A stretch of DNA of 64,000 bases from an uncultured Gemmatimonadaceae bacterium (GCA_963781585.1 CAWAGQ010000008.1:128001-192000); one strand, 5' to 3'; shown: positions 39,503 through 50,209, numbered from the stretch's first letter. Made by a program: numbers and translations. The notes: generated by a model from the sequence alone, not told the origin.

Positions 39503-40963
39503 ATGCGACGATCCTCTCTCGCTGCGCGGCTGCTTGCCGCGACGGTGACCTCACTCGCGCCTCCCGTCCTGCTCGCCCAGAGCATGTCGGTGGACGTCGA
39601 GAGCGGGACGTGGGCGCTCACCAACGCGCGGATCGAGACTGTCACCAAGGGCACGATTGCGAAGGGCACCATCGTCATTCGGAATGGTGTGATCGACGCG
39701 GTCGGTGACAATATCACGCCACCGCCCGATGCCCGGGTGATGGATCTCTCCGGCAAGACTGTGTATCCGGGTTTCATCGATCTCACGTCGACGATGGGGC
39801 TGACGGCGGAGACGCCGGCTGGTGGACGGGGTGGCCGAGGGGGGGGCGGGTTGAACCTCCCTCCCGGTGTGACCCCCGAGATGGTGGCGGCCTTTCTCGG
39901 TCAGGCACCAACGCAGCAGGAGGGCCCGCGGAATGTGGGACTCGAGCCAGGGCGCGAGGTGGCCACCGAGATCAATCCGTCGGCGAACGATGTGCGCGCG
40001 GCGCGTGACCAGGGAGTGACTGCGGTGCTGGTGGCGCCGGGGCGCGGACTGTTCCGCGGCCGGTCGGCACTGGTCCCGATGCGGGACGACACCGCGTCGC
40101 ACTGGATCGTGAAGACCCCGGTGTCGCTGAGCGTGGGTTATCAGGGCGTACCGGGCCAGTACCCGGGGACGCTGCTGGGTGTGATCGCCTATCAACGGCA
40201 GTCTCTCTACGACGCCCGCCGGCACGCCATGGTCCTGGACCGGTACAAGGCGAACCCGCGCGGCATGCCGAGGGAGGAGTACAATCCCGATCTCGACGCG
40301 CTGGTGCCGGTGGTGCGTGGCGAGCTGCCGATGTTCATCGCGGCCAGCAACGAGAATGAGATCCGCCGCGCGCTGGCCCTGGCGAAGGAGTTCGACATCA
40401 AGGCGACGGTGGTGGGCGCCACCGAGGGATTCGAGGCGATCGATGCGCTCAAGTCGGCGCGGCCGCCGGTGGTCTCGGTGAACTTTCCCGATCCGCAGCA
40501 GGTGACCGGATGGGACTATGCTTTCGCCACGCGCCCCGGGTTTGCGATGGACAGCGCGGCGCGGGTGGCGGCGGTCCGGAAGGACGTGGAAGGAAACGCC
40601 GCGGCGCTGAACTCGGCCGGCATCAGATTCGCGCTCGCCTCGGGCGGCCTCGCGCCTAACGCATTCATGACCAATGTGAGGAAGGCGATCGCGGCGGGGC
40701 TGCCCCGCCAGACGGCGCTCGAAGCGCTCACCATCCGTCCGGCGGAGATCGCGGGGGTGGACCAGCAGCTCGGGAGCATCGAGCCCGGCAAGATCGCTGA
40801 CCTGGTCATCACCGAGGGAGACGCATTGACCGACGGCGGGCACGTTCGCACCGTCTTCGTCGACGGGATCGACTACACCGTGGTACCGGCGCCGGCTGCT
40901 GGCGGTCGGGGCGGCCGCGCCGGCGGCAATTCCATACCTCCGAATCCACAGGAGAGACCATGA
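39503..40963 (+). CDS. Secreted amidohydrolase-superfamily protein (lacks HxH)
   Basis: D.SGK.VYPGFID, AL.ALTI.PA.I.G, GSIEPGK.ADLV; GGAGG RBS. Confidence 0.88.
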   Translation: MRRSSLAARLLAATVTSLAPPVLLAQSMSVDVESGTWALTNARIETVTKGTIAKGTIVIRNGVIDAVGDNITPPPDARVMDLSGKTVYPGFIDLTSTMGLTAETPAGGRGGRGGGGLNLPPGVTPEMVAAFLGQAPTQQEGPRNVGLEPGREVATEINPSANDVRAARDQGVTAVLVAPGRGLFRGRSALVPMRDDTASHWIVKTPVSLSVGYQGVPGQYPGTLLGVIAYQRQSLYDARRHAMVLDRYKANPRGMPREEYNPDLDALVPVVRGELPMFIAASNENEIRRALALAKEFDIKATVVGATEGFEAIDALKSARPPVVSVNFPDPQQVTGWDYAFATRPGFAMDSAARVAAVRKDVEGNAAALNSAGIRFALASGGLAPNAFMTNVRKAIAAGLPRQTALEALTIRPAEIAGVDQQLGSIEPGKIADLVITEGDALTDGGHVRTVFVDGIDYTVVPAPAAGGRGGRAGGNSIPPNPQERP

Positions 40964-42402
40964 CGCCGATGAGCATGTCTGACGGCCGGGGCGGCGTCCG
41001 TTGGGGATCGCGCCCGATATCCTGTTTCACCTCCCGCGCGGTGGCGACGGCGTTCCTGTTCGGCGCGTCGGTCGGATGGGCGCAGGATGCGCCGCAGGCG
41101 GCCGGCGGCTTCGATCCCCTGACGCTGCCGACGCCGGCGGCCGGGACCCTGGTGGCGATCACCCACGCCAACATCATGACCGCGAGCCATGGCAACATTA
41201 TGAACGGCACGATCCTGATCCGGAACGGCAAGATCGCCGAGGTCGGGACCAACGTGCAGGTGCCGGCGGGCGCGAAGATCATCGACGCCACCAACAAGTG
41301 GGTCACGCCGGGTATCATCGACGAGCATTCGCACACCGGCCCGGAATCGATCAACGAGGGCACGCAATCGATCACCGCCGAAGTCCGCATCGGCGACGTG
41401 CTCAAGGAGGATGGGATTTCCTTCTACCGCCAGCTCGCCGGCGGCACCACGACCATCAACGTGCTCCACGGGTCGGCCAACACCATCGGCGGGCAGAACC
41501 AGGTGATCAAGCTGCGGTTCGGCCTCCCGGTGGACAGCATGCGGCTGGCCGGCGCACCCCCAGGCATCAAGTTCGCGTTAGGCGAAAACGTGCGGCAGAC
41601 CACCCGCGCCGACAATACCCGGTACCCGCGCTCTCGCATGGGACAGGAAGACGTGCTTCGCGAAGCCTTCACCCGGGCCCGCGAATACCAGCACGAGTGG
41701 CAGGCCTACGACAAGGCCAAAGCTGATTACGACAAGACGAAGAAGGGAGCGGCACCCATCCCGCCGCACAAGGACCTGGAGCTCGACGCCCTGGTGGAGG
41801 TGCTCGAAGGGAAGCGGCTGGTCCACGCGCACTCGTACCGCGCCGACGAGATCCTGATGCTGCTGCGGGTGGCGAAGGATTTCGGGTTCCGGGTCGCGTC
41901 GCTGCAGCACGTGCTGGAGGGCTACAAGATCGCCGACGAGATCGCGGCAGCCGGGACCGGCGCCAGCACGTTCGCCGACATGTGGGGCTACAAGGCCGAG
42001 GCCTGGGACGCCATTCCCTACAACGCGGCCCTGATGGCCGAGCGCGGCGTAAACGTGACCGTCAACTCCGACAGCGATGAGCGGGCCCGCCGGCTGAATC
42101 AGGAGGCAGCCAAGGCGATGCGGTTCGGCGGCGCGTCGGAGGAAACGGCGCTCCGCATGATCACCCTCAACGCCGCGATGCAGCTCGGCATCGACAAGAT
42201 GGTCGGGTCTATCGACGTGGGGAAAGACGCCGACATCGCGATCTTCAGCGCGCATCCGTTCTCGCCGATGGCGCGGGTGGACATGACGCTGATCGATGGC
42301 CGGGTCTTCTTCGACCGCAACACGGCACCGACACTCGAGTGGCTGATGCAGCAGATGAAGGCGAAGGGCAAGATCGCGTCCGATCTGGAGGGTGGGCGAT
42401 GA
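40960..42402 (+). CDS. Secreted metal-dependent amidohydrolase
   Basis: PGIIDEHSH, K.A.GEN, HSYRADE, QH.LEG, NSD, GSI.VGKDAD; ATGA coupling. Confidence 0.9.
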   Translation: MTPMSMSDGRGGVRWGSRPISCFTSRAVATAFLFGASVGWAQDAPQAAGGFDPLTLPTPAAGTLVAITHANIMTASHGNIMNGTILIRNGKIAEVGTNVQVPAGAKIIDATNKWVTPGIIDEHSHTGPESINEGTQSITAEVRIGDVLKEDGISFYRQLAGGTTTINVLHGSANTIGGQNQVIKLRFGLPVDSMRLAGAPPGIKFALGENVRQTTRADNTRYPRSRMGQEDVLREAFTRAREYQHEWQAYDKAKADYDKTKKGAAPIPPHKDLELDALVEVLEGKRLVHAHSYRADEILMLLRVAKDFGFRVASLQHVLEGYKIADEIAAAGTGASTFADMWGYKAEAWDAIPYNAALMAERGVNVTVNSDSDERARRLNQEAAKAMRFGGASEETALRMITLNAAMQLGIDKMVGSIDVGKDADIAIFSAHPFSPMARVDMTLIDGRVFFDRNTAPTLEWLMQQMKAKGKIASDLEGGR

Positions 42403-43772
42403 TTCCTTCAGGCCACAGTCCGCAGGCCACAGGTCAGCGCGCTTGGGGCTCGATGCTACTGGCCGGATTCGTGGTCGCTCTGGTCAGCAGGCTGGCTCTG
42501 GCGCAGGGTCCGGTCGTCATCCGCAACGCCACCGTGATCCCGGTCTCCGGTCCGCGGATGCAGAACGCATCGGTAGTGATGCAGGACGGGAAGATCGCGG
42601 CGGTCGGGGCGAACGTGCAGGTGCCGGCCGGCGCACAGGTCATCGACGCCACCGGGATGTTCGTCTATCCGGGCCTGATCAACGCCGGCACCAATCTGGG
42701 ACTGGTGGAGATCGGCGGGGTGCCGGGCCCGGTCGACACGCGCGAACTGGGCGACTTCAATCCGCAGGACGTGGTCATGACGGCGGTGAACGCGCAGTCG
42801 GAGCACATCGCCATCACCCGGGCGAACGGCATCACCAGCGCGGTCACGGTGGCCGGCGGATCGGTCATGTCGGGACTCGCCGCCCTGATCAACCTGTACG
42901 GGTACACGAACCGCGACATGATCGCGAAGGAGAAGCTGGCGCTCCTCCTCTCGTGGCCTAACGCGGGCGGCGGAGGGGGGCGCGGACGGGGCGGGGGGGG
43001 AGGCCGGTTCGGGGGCCTGGGGGGCGGCGGGAGCGCGGCCGAGCGAATGGCCGCCTACCAGCGTCAGGTGCGCCAGATCTACGACTGGTTCGGTGATGCC
43101 AAAGCGTATGCCGACGTGAAGTCGCGCATGACCGCCAACGGGGCGCAGCTGCCGATCTCGTTCCACGAGAACCTGAAGTACGATGCCATGACACCGGCGA
43201 TCCGTGGCCAGATGCCGGTGCTGGTGGATGCCAACACCGTCGAGCAGATGCGGGACGTGATCCGGTTCGCGGACAGCCTGAACGTAAAGGTCGTCATCCA
43301 CGGCGCGCGCGAAGGGTGGAAGTATGCGGACACGCTGGCCATGAAGCACATTCCGGTGGTCGTGCCGCCGCTCACCTCCGAACCGCCGAGCGACGATCCC
43401 TACGACGAGGTGTACGCCAATCCGGGCGTGATGGCCAAGGCCGGGGTGATGCTCGCCTTCGAGACCGGCGGTGCGTCGAGCGCGCGGGACCTGCCCTACG
43501 AAGTGGGGCTCGCAGAAGCGTACGGACTCGACCCGGAAGAAGCGCTGAGGGGGATCACCATCAACCCGGCGAAGATGTTCGGTGTGGACAACGAGTACGG
43601 ATCGATCGAGGTCGGGAAAGTGGCGAACGTCATCGTGACCACGGGCGATCCGATCGATATCCGCTCGCTGATCAAGGAGATCTTCATTCGAGGGGAGCGT
43701 ATGAAGTTCGATGACCGGCATACGCTGGAATACGAGAAGTTCCGGGCGCGGCCGAAGCCGAAGAAGCCGTAA
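42399..43772 (+). CDS. Secreted amidohydrolase-superfamily protein (lacks HxH)
   Basis: VYPGLINAGT, AL..IT.NPA..FG, GSIEVGK.AN; ATGA coupling. Confidence 0.88.
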   Translation: MIPSGHSPQATGQRAWGSMLLAGFVVALVSRLALAQGPVVIRNATVIPVSGPRMQNASVVMQDGKIAAVGANVQVPAGAQVIDATGMFVYPGLINAGTNLGLVEIGGVPGPVDTRELGDFNPQDVVMTAVNAQSEHIAITRANGITSAVTVAGGSVMSGLAALINLYGYTNRDMIAKEKLALLLSWPNAGGGGGRGRGGGGGRFGGLGGGGSAAERMAAYQRQVRQIYDWFGDAKAYADVKSRMTANGAQLPISFHENLKYDAMTPAIRGQMPVLVDANTVEQMRDVIRFADSLNVKVVIHGAREGWKYADTLAMKHIPVVVPPLTSEPPSDDPYDEVYANPGVMAKAGVMLAFETGGASSARDLPYEVGLAEAYGLDPEEALRGITINPAKMFGVDNEYGSIEVGKVANVIVTTGDPIDIRSLIKEIFIRGERMKFDDRHTLEYEKFRARPKPKKP

Positions 43773-43815
43773 CCGCAGAGGTGGCGCTCGAAGCGCCGAA
43801 CAAGGGTTGTTTTCG

Positions 43816-43864
43816 CACTCGAAGGCCCACCGGTTCGCACGGCGAATCGGAGGGCCTTCGTGTG
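43816..43864. terminator. Long GC-rich hairpin after the amidohydrolase operon
   Basis: cgaaggccc/gggccttcg outer stem plus ccggttcgc/gcgaatcgg inner stem. Confidence 0.5.
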
Positions 43865-44042
43865 TATCCGCGGCTGACGCCCGCTCCTCGTGGATCGCAG
43901 AGAACCCTGCCAACCGCGCCACCGGACCCCCCTTCCCTGAGACGTGTCCTCCGCCAACTTCCCTGAATCCCGGAGCCGCACGAGGCTGCTGTTGCCGCAG
44001 CCCGGTCGTCTTTCGCCATCCCGAATTACCGTGGAGCACGGA

Positions 44043-47000
44043 ATGACTCGCCTGACCGCCTCCATCCGCCAATCCGCCATCACGGTGGCATTCCTCCCTG
44101 CGGTTCTCCTCGCACAGGGCAGACCACGTCCCGCGTCGTCACCGGCCACCAGACCGGCTGCGGATTCCACGCCCGCGTACAAAGGACCGTTCACCAGCGA
44201 CGTCTTCGCGGGCCTGCACGCGCGATCGATCGGGCCTGCGGTGACTTCGGGACGGATCATGTCCGTTGCCGTGCATCCCACGAATCACGCCATCATCTAC
44301 GTCGGATCGGCGAGCGGCGGCGTGTGGAAGACGGTGAACGGCGGTGCGAGCTGGCAGCCGCTCTTCGACCATCAGGGCTCGTACTCCATCGGCTGGGTCA
44401 CGCTCGATCCCACCAACCCGAATGTGGTCTGGGTCGGCACTGGAGAGGGCGACTCGCAGCGCTCGGTGAGCTACGGCGACGGCGTCTACAAGAGCGAAGA
44501 CGGCGGGAAGACCTGGAAGAACATGGGGCTGAAAGAGAGTGAGCACATCAGCCGGATCGCCGTCAACCCGAAAGATCCGAACATCGTCTACGTCGCCGCG
44601 CAGGGACCGCTGTGGGGACCGGGGGGCGACCGCGGCCTCTACAAGACCACCGACGGCGGAAAGACGTGGGAGCAGGTGCTCAAGATCAGCGAGAACACCG
44701 GCGTCAGCGACGTCGTCCTCGACCCACGCAATCCCGACATCGTTCTCGCCACCGCCTATCAGCGACGCCGCCATCAGTGGACGATGGTAGACGGCGGCCC
44801 CGAAAGCTCGGTCCAGCGGTCCACCGACGGCGGCAAGACCTGGACCAAACTGAGTGGCTTCCCTAACGAGGAGCTGGGCCGGATCGGCCTCGCCATCTCG
44901 CCGGTGAATCCGGACGTCGTGTATGCGATTGTGGAAGCGGCCAACGACAAGGGTGGCATCTACCGTTCCGCCGACAACGGTGTCACCTGGGAGCGCCGCT
45001 CGGACTACAACCAGGGCGCCATGTACTACGGCTCCATCTTCGCCGACCCGTTCGACGTGGACCGCATCTATATAATGGATGTGGTCATCCAGATCTCCGA
45101 CGACGGCGGCCGGACCCTGCACTCCATCGGCAGCCGCTACATGCACGTGGACATGCACGTCATCTGGGTCGATCCCACCAACCGCGACCACTATCTGGTT
45201 GGCAATGACGGCGGCCTCTATCAGTCGTGGGACGGCGCCGCGACCTGGACGTTCTTCGCCAATCTTCCGGTCACGCAGTTCTACGATGTGGACGTGGACA
45301 GCGACGTGCCGTTCTACCACGTCATGGGCGGCACCCAGGACAACTACTCGCTGCGCGGGCCCGCGCGCACACGTTCCGGTCACGGGATCCTCAACCAGGA
45401 CTGGATGGTGACCCAGGGTGGCGACGGATTCACCTCGCACCCCGATCCGAAGGAGCCCAACATCGTCTACGCCGAATCCCAGAATGGCGGGATCGCGCGC
45501 AACGATCTGCGCACCGGTGAGCGCCTGGGCGTGCAGCCGCGCGAGGACCGGGGCGATCCGGCAGCCCGCTGGAACTGGGACGCTCCGTTCATTGTCTCGT
45601 CGCACAACAACAACCGCCTGTACATGGGATCGCAATTCCTGTATCGCAGCGACGATCGCGCGGCCAGCTGGAAGAAGATTTCTCCCGACCTGACGCGGAA
45701 GATCGACGTCAACACCCTTCCCCTCATGGGAAAGCTCTGGGGTCCCGACGCGGTGGCCAAGAACACGTCCACCGCGCTGTATTCAAACATCTCCGCGGTC
45801 GCCGAATCACCGAAGAACGAACGGCTCCTCTACGTCGGAACCGACGATGGGCTGATCGAGGTGACCGAGGACGGCGGCACCACCTGGCGCAAGGTCGAGA
45901 ACTTTCCGGGCGTTACCAGCGACCGGCCGTACGTGAGCCGGATCAAGGCGAGTGTGAACGACGAACGTTCGGTCTACACCACGCTCGAGAACCACCAGAG
46001 CGCCGACTTCGCTCCCTACGTGTTCAAGAGCACCGACGCCGGCCGTACGTGGACGTCCATTGTCGGAGACCTGCCGAAGAAGGGCTCGGTGTATGCGTTC
46101 GCCGAGGACCATGTCGATCCGTCGCTGCTGTTCGTGGGAACCGAGTCCGGCGCGTACTTCACCAAAGACGGCGGTTCGCATTGGGTGAAGATCGCGGGAC
46201 TGCCGACGATCGCGGTGCGTGACCTGGCCATTCAGCGGGAGGAGAACGATCTGGCGATGGCCACCTTCGGCCGGGGCTTCTACGTCCTCGATGACTACTC
46301 GCCGCTGCGCGCGACAACCGCCGCGACCGTGGCCAACGCCGCGACGCTCTATCCGGTCCGCGACGCGATGTTGTACGTCCAGACGCAGCAGTATGGAGGC
46401 GGCGGGAATGCCTTCCAGGGCGAGGCGTTGTACTCAGCGAACAATCCACCGTACGGGGCGGAAATCACCTGGTATATGAAGGATGGACTGAAGACCCTCA
46501 AGGAGAAGCGTGTCGAGGCGGAGAAGGCGGCCGAGAAGGCCGGAAAGCCTATTCAGTATCCGACGGCGGACCAGCTGCGGGCAGAGGAGGAGGAAGAAGC
46601 GCCGGCCGTGCTGGTGACGATCGCGGACGCGTCGGGCAAGGAGATCCGCACCATGACCGGACCGGTTGGCAAGGGAATGCAGCGGGTATCGTGGGATCTT
46701 CGCGGGACCGGCGCGAGCATCCCGCTAGGCGGTGGCAGCGGCGGACGGGGAGGTGGGGGAGGTGGCGGCGGGGGCGGAGGCGGAGGACGCGGTGGTGGCC
46801 CCCCGGGCCCGTACGTGGTACCGGGGACGTACAGCGCCACCCTCTCGACGCGCGTGCAAGGAGTGGAGAAGCAGATCGCCGGACCGGTGACGTTCAACGT
46901 CGTCGGTGATCCGGCAAACCCTGTCACCATCGCGGACCAGCAGTCACGGTGGGAGTTTCAGCACAAGGCAACGGTGCTGGGGCGTCAGGTCAACGCGGCG

Positions 47001-47402
47001 CTCGATGTGGCCACTCTGAACAGTACGAAGCTCGACCAGATGCGCCGTGCCCTCGACGCCACGCCGAACGCACCAAAGGCGCTGCGCGACCAGGTGGTGG
47101 GGTACGACAAACGGCTCTCGGCGATTCTGTTCGCGCTGCGCGGGGACGTGGTGCTGGGAGCACGGAGCGACCCCGATCCGATGTCGATCCAGCAGCGGGC
47201 CGGGGCGGCCGGCGCGTTCGGTTCCTGGTTAGGCAGGCCGACCGGGGCGATGGAGGAGCAGTACGCGATCGCAACCGAACTGTTCGGGGCGCAGCTGCCG
47301 AAACTCAAGCAACTCGTAGAGACGGACATTCCAGCGCTCGAGCGCGAGCTCGAACGGATCGGAGCGCCGTACACGAGCGGGAGGCTGCCGGGCCCGCCGT
47401 AG
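44043..47402 (+). CDS. Secreted VPS10/sortilin-like BNR-repeat protein (paralog of 33542-36730)
   Basis: RSIGPA..SGRI, S.DGG.TW repeats, GGTQDN, RWNWDAP, TFGRGFYVLDD. Confidence 0.9.
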   Translation: MTRLTASIRQSAITVAFLPAVLLAQGRPRPASSPATRPAADSTPAYKGPFTSDVFAGLHARSIGPAVTSGRIMSVAVHPTNHAIIYVGSASGGVWKTVNGGASWQPLFDHQGSYSIGWVTLDPTNPNVVWVGTGEGDSQRSVSYGDGVYKSEDGGKTWKNMGLKESEHISRIAVNPKDPNIVYVAAQGPLWGPGGDRGLYKTTDGGKTWEQVLKISENTGVSDVVLDPRNPDIVLATAYQRRRHQWTMVDGGPESSVQRSTDGGKTWTKLSGFPNEELGRIGLAISPVNPDVVYAIVEAANDKGGIYRSADNGVTWERRSDYNQGAMYYGSIFADPFDVDRIYIMDVVIQISDDGGRTLHSIGSRYMHVDMHVIWVDPTNRDHYLVGNDGGLYQSWDGAATWTFFANLPVTQFYDVDVDSDVPFYHVMGGTQDNYSLRGPARTRSGHGILNQDWMVTQGGDGFTSHPDPKEPNIVYAESQNGGIARNDLRTGERLGVQPREDRGDPAARWNWDAPFIVSSHNNNRLYMGSQFLYRSDDRAASWKKISPDLTRKIDVNTLPLMGKLWGPDAVAKNTSTALYSNISAVAESPKNERLLYVGTDDGLIEVTEDGGTTWRKVENFPGVTSDRPYVSRIKASVNDERSVYTTLENHQSADFAPYVFKSTDAGRTWTSIVGDLPKKGSVYAFAEDHVDPSLLFVGTESGAYFTKDGGSHWVKIAGLPTIAVRDLAIQREENDLAMATFGRGFYVLDDYSPLRATTAATVANAATLYPVRDAMLYVQTQQYGGGGNAFQGEALYSANNPPYGAEITWYMKDGLKTLKEKRVEAEKAAEKAGKPIQYPTADQLRAEEEEEAPAVLVTIADASGKEIRTMTGPVGKGMQRVSWDLRGTGASIPLGGGSGGRGGGGGGGGGGGGGRGGGPPGPYVVPGTYSATLSTRVQGVEKQIAGPVTFNVVGDPANPVTIADQQSRWEFQHKATVLGRQVNAALDVATLNSTKLDQMRRALDATPNAPKALRDQVVGYDKRLSAILFALRGDVVLGARSDPDPMSIQQRAGAAGAFGSWLGRPTGAMEEQYAIATELFGAQLPKLKQLVETDIPALERELERIGAPYTSGRLPGPP

Positions 47403-47650
47403 CCTGGTCACGAAGTCGTGGTGATAGTCGTCCGGCACGCGCGCCACTCACCCGTCCGGCGCCGCGACCTCTCCTCGCCACGGCTGGGTCCCCAGCCGGG
47501 AACGACGGCATGGGGTTCAGTTCGGTCGCCTTGCCGATCGGACCGAACCGCCCTAGCATGGATTCGCAGCGTTGCGCGTGAACCGGGGTAGCAGCTGATC
47601 ACGCCGTACCCAGGTCCGACGCCGCGACAACGTCCTCTGGGACCGATATC

Positions 47651-48118
47651 ATGTTCAACCTCTCGCGCTGGCGACCACGGCATCTGGTTCTCGCGTGGAG
47701 CGCCTACTGGGTATCGCTCGGACTGATCACGCTCGGCCCGGCCCTCGCTGCGATCCTGCGGATGACTGCGCCCGGCGGCAAGGGCAGCGTCAACGGAAGC
47801 ATTACGGATGGCGTGTTCAGCCTGAGTGTTTTGCGTGACGGCGTGAATCTCTGGAACGGCTCGGCAGGTTTGCTCTCGATCGCGGCCTGGGTTGCCGGCC
47901 CACCGATCGCCCTCTTCCTCCTCTGGCTTGCCCGGCGGCCATCCCCAGGCGGGGCCTTGTTGCACGCTGACGTGGAGCAGGTCAACGCCGCCGAGCCAGG
48001 CAGCCCGGCGGCGGGACTCCTGAAAGAACCGACGCCCGGAGTCGCGGGGTTGAGGCGTCCCCGCGAGCGTGCGGCTCCGGACCAGGGCACCGGCGGGCGG
48101 CACGTCACACCGCTGTAG
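47651..48118 (+). CDS. Hypothetical membrane protein
   Basis: Two hydrophobic segments (HLVLAWSAYW.., W.AGPP.ALFLLWL). Confidence 0.6.
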   Translation: MFNLSRWRPRHLVLAWSAYWVSLGLITLGPALAAILRMTAPGGKGSVNGSITDGVFSLSVLRDGVNLWNGSAGLLSIAAWVAGPPIALFLLWLARRPSPGGALLHADVEQVNAAEPGSPAAGLLKEPTPGVAGLRRPRERAAPDQGTGGRHVTPL

Positions 48119-48370
48119 CGTTAGGCCGGTGACCCCGCGGACCTGTCGCGGTCAGCAGGGGCGGAGGCATCCCGCTTCTGCCGTATCACCGGCGGCCCCG
48201 ACGATTGAGCGCCTGACTATTGACGAGTCCGCCCGGGCGCACGCATCATCTCGTGCCGAGCCGTTTGATCCGCGCTCCGGATCACTCCGCCGCTGCATGA
48301 TCGCCGGCCCGGTGGAAGGCCGGTGCAGCCTGTCGGCGCCGTCTTCACTCACACACCGATCCTCGAAACG

Positions 48371-50137
48371 ATGAAGCGCATCCCGATTCTTCCGCTCGCG
48401 TTAGGTCTCTGCGGCGTGCTCCTTGCGCGCGCTCCACTCGCCGCTCAGAACCCCCGGCGCACGGCCACTCCCCGGTCGGCGGCGGCGCCGGCGTTCTCGG
48501 TCGTGGAGGCGACCATCGCCGACATGCGGACGGCGCTCGCGCAGAAGCGAACCACGTCGCACGAGATCGTCGTGCAGTCGCTCACGCGCATCGCGCTGTA
48601 CGAGGACCGGCTGCACGCGGTGATCACCGTGAATCCGAGGGCGCTCGCGATCGCCGACTCGCTCGACCGTCTGCGCGCTGCCGGGCGGATTGTCGGTCCT
48701 TTGCATGGCATCCCGGTCGCACTCAAGGACAACATCCAGACCACGGATATGCCCACCACTGGCGGCGCGCTGGCCTTCGACGGCCTGGTGCCGCCCTACG
48801 AAGCCACCCTGGCGAGGAACCTCGAAGCGGCAGGTGCCATCATCCTCGCCAAGACGCAGCTCACCGAGCTCGCCAACTGGGTGGCGAGCGGCATGCCGGG
48901 GAACTACAACGCGCTCAACGGCTACGGGATGAACCCCTGGGACCCGCGGCGCGACCCACGTCCCAACTCCTTCGACGGACGTCCGGTGCTCTCGACCGGG
49001 GGCTCGAGCTCGGGGGTGGGCACGAACGTGAGCTTCTGGGCGGCGAACGTCGGCACCGAGACCTCGGGCTCGATCCTCAGTCCTTCGAATCAGAACATGC
49101 TCGTGGGCATCAAGCCCACGGTGGGCCGCGTGAGTCGCTACGGCGTCATTCCCATCACCGCCGATCAGGACACGCCGGGACCGATGGCCCGCACGGTCTC
49201 CGACGCGGCGATCATGCTCGGAGCCCTCGAAGGTGCCCAGCCGGATCCTAACGATCCTGCAACCACCAGGTGCCCTCCGCCCGCCGGCCGGGACTACACG
49301 CGATTCCTCAACGCGAAGGGGCTGCAGGGCGCGCGCATCGGGATTCCCCGGGCGTTCTTCTACGAGCGCACGCCGGTGCCGGGGAGCACCAACCCGCGCG
49401 GCGGGCTGAACGACGCGCAGCGGAAGATCATGGACGATGCGATCGCCGCCCTGAAGGCGCAGGGCGCGGTCATTGTGGATCCGGCCGACATCCCGAGCGT
49501 GGTCGACACGAACGCGACCGGCAACTTCCTCAACTGGAACCCGTGCAGCGGGCTGGGAGAGGGCAAGGGGCTCGACGCCGACTGCTCGATCGCCTTCAAG
49601 TACGGAATGAAGCGCGATTTCAACGCCTGGCTCAGATCGTTAGGCGACCGGGCGCCGGTCAGCACCCTGACCGAGCTCCGGGAGTGGAATATCGCGCACC
49701 AGCGGGCCGGCGCCATCAAGTACGGTCAGGCGGAGCTCGACATCTCGGATGAGATGAACGTCCAGGCGGATCGCGAGCGGTACGAAGCCGACCGGCGCAA
49801 GGACATCCTCCTCTCGGCCACCAACGGCATCGACGCCGCGCTCAAGGCCAACCGGCTGGACGCCCTGCTCTTCCCCGGTGTGAGCAGCGCCAACATCGGC
49901 GCACGCCCGGGTTATCCCACCGTCACGGTGCCGTTCGGCTTCGTGCCCGTGGGGGCAGGCGCCGGGACCGGGCGTGGTGGTGGCGGTGCCGCGTTCCCGC
50001 CCGGTTTCGACCCCAAGCCGTCCCCGTTCAACGTGAGCTTCACCGGGACCGCGTGCAGCGAACCGAAGCTGATCGAGATCGCCTACGCGTTCGAGCAGGC
50101 GACGAAGAAGCGGATGGCGCCACCCGAGTTTCCCTGA
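48371..50137 (+). CDS. Secreted amidase-signature family protein
   Basis: GPLHGIP..LKDN, GGSSSG, GTETSGSI..PS, VG.KPT.G. Confidence 0.93.
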   Translation: MKRIPILPLALGLCGVLLARAPLAAQNPRRTATPRSAAAPAFSVVEATIADMRTALAQKRTTSHEIVVQSLTRIALYEDRLHAVITVNPRALAIADSLDRLRAAGRIVGPLHGIPVALKDNIQTTDMPTTGGALAFDGLVPPYEATLARNLEAAGAIILAKTQLTELANWVASGMPGNYNALNGYGMNPWDPRRDPRPNSFDGRPVLSTGGSSSGVGTNVSFWAANVGTETSGSILSPSNQNMLVGIKPTVGRVSRYGVIPITADQDTPGPMARTVSDAAIMLGALEGAQPDPNDPATTRCPPPAGRDYTRFLNAKGLQGARIGIPRAFFYERTPVPGSTNPRGGLNDAQRKIMDDAIAALKAQGAVIVDPADIPSVVDTNATGNFLNWNPCSGLGEGKGLDADCSIAFKYGMKRDFNAWLRSLGDRAPVSTLTELREWNIAHQRAGAIKYGQAELDISDEMNVQADRERYEADRRKDILLSATNGIDAALKANRLDALLFPGVSSANIGARPGYPTVTVPFGFVPVGAGAGTGRGGGGAAFPPGFDPKPSPFNVSFTGTACSEPKLIEIAYAFEQATKKRMAPPEFP

Positions 50138-50209
50138 GACCGCGAGCATGGTAACATGCGGTCCACGAGACGGCTTGCGCCGTCCAAAAAACCATGGGAG
50201 GTATCCCTC

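Noticed and set aside
42456..45635. Long antisense ORFs (e.g. 42456-44072, 44139-45635; similar ones at 13318, 2850, 39551)
   Set aside because: Shadow frames of well-supported genes in high-GC DNA; no recognisable motifs
47403..47650. Small ORF or RNA between the VPS10 gene and the membrane protein gene
   Set aside because: No RBS, motif or convincing extended structure found
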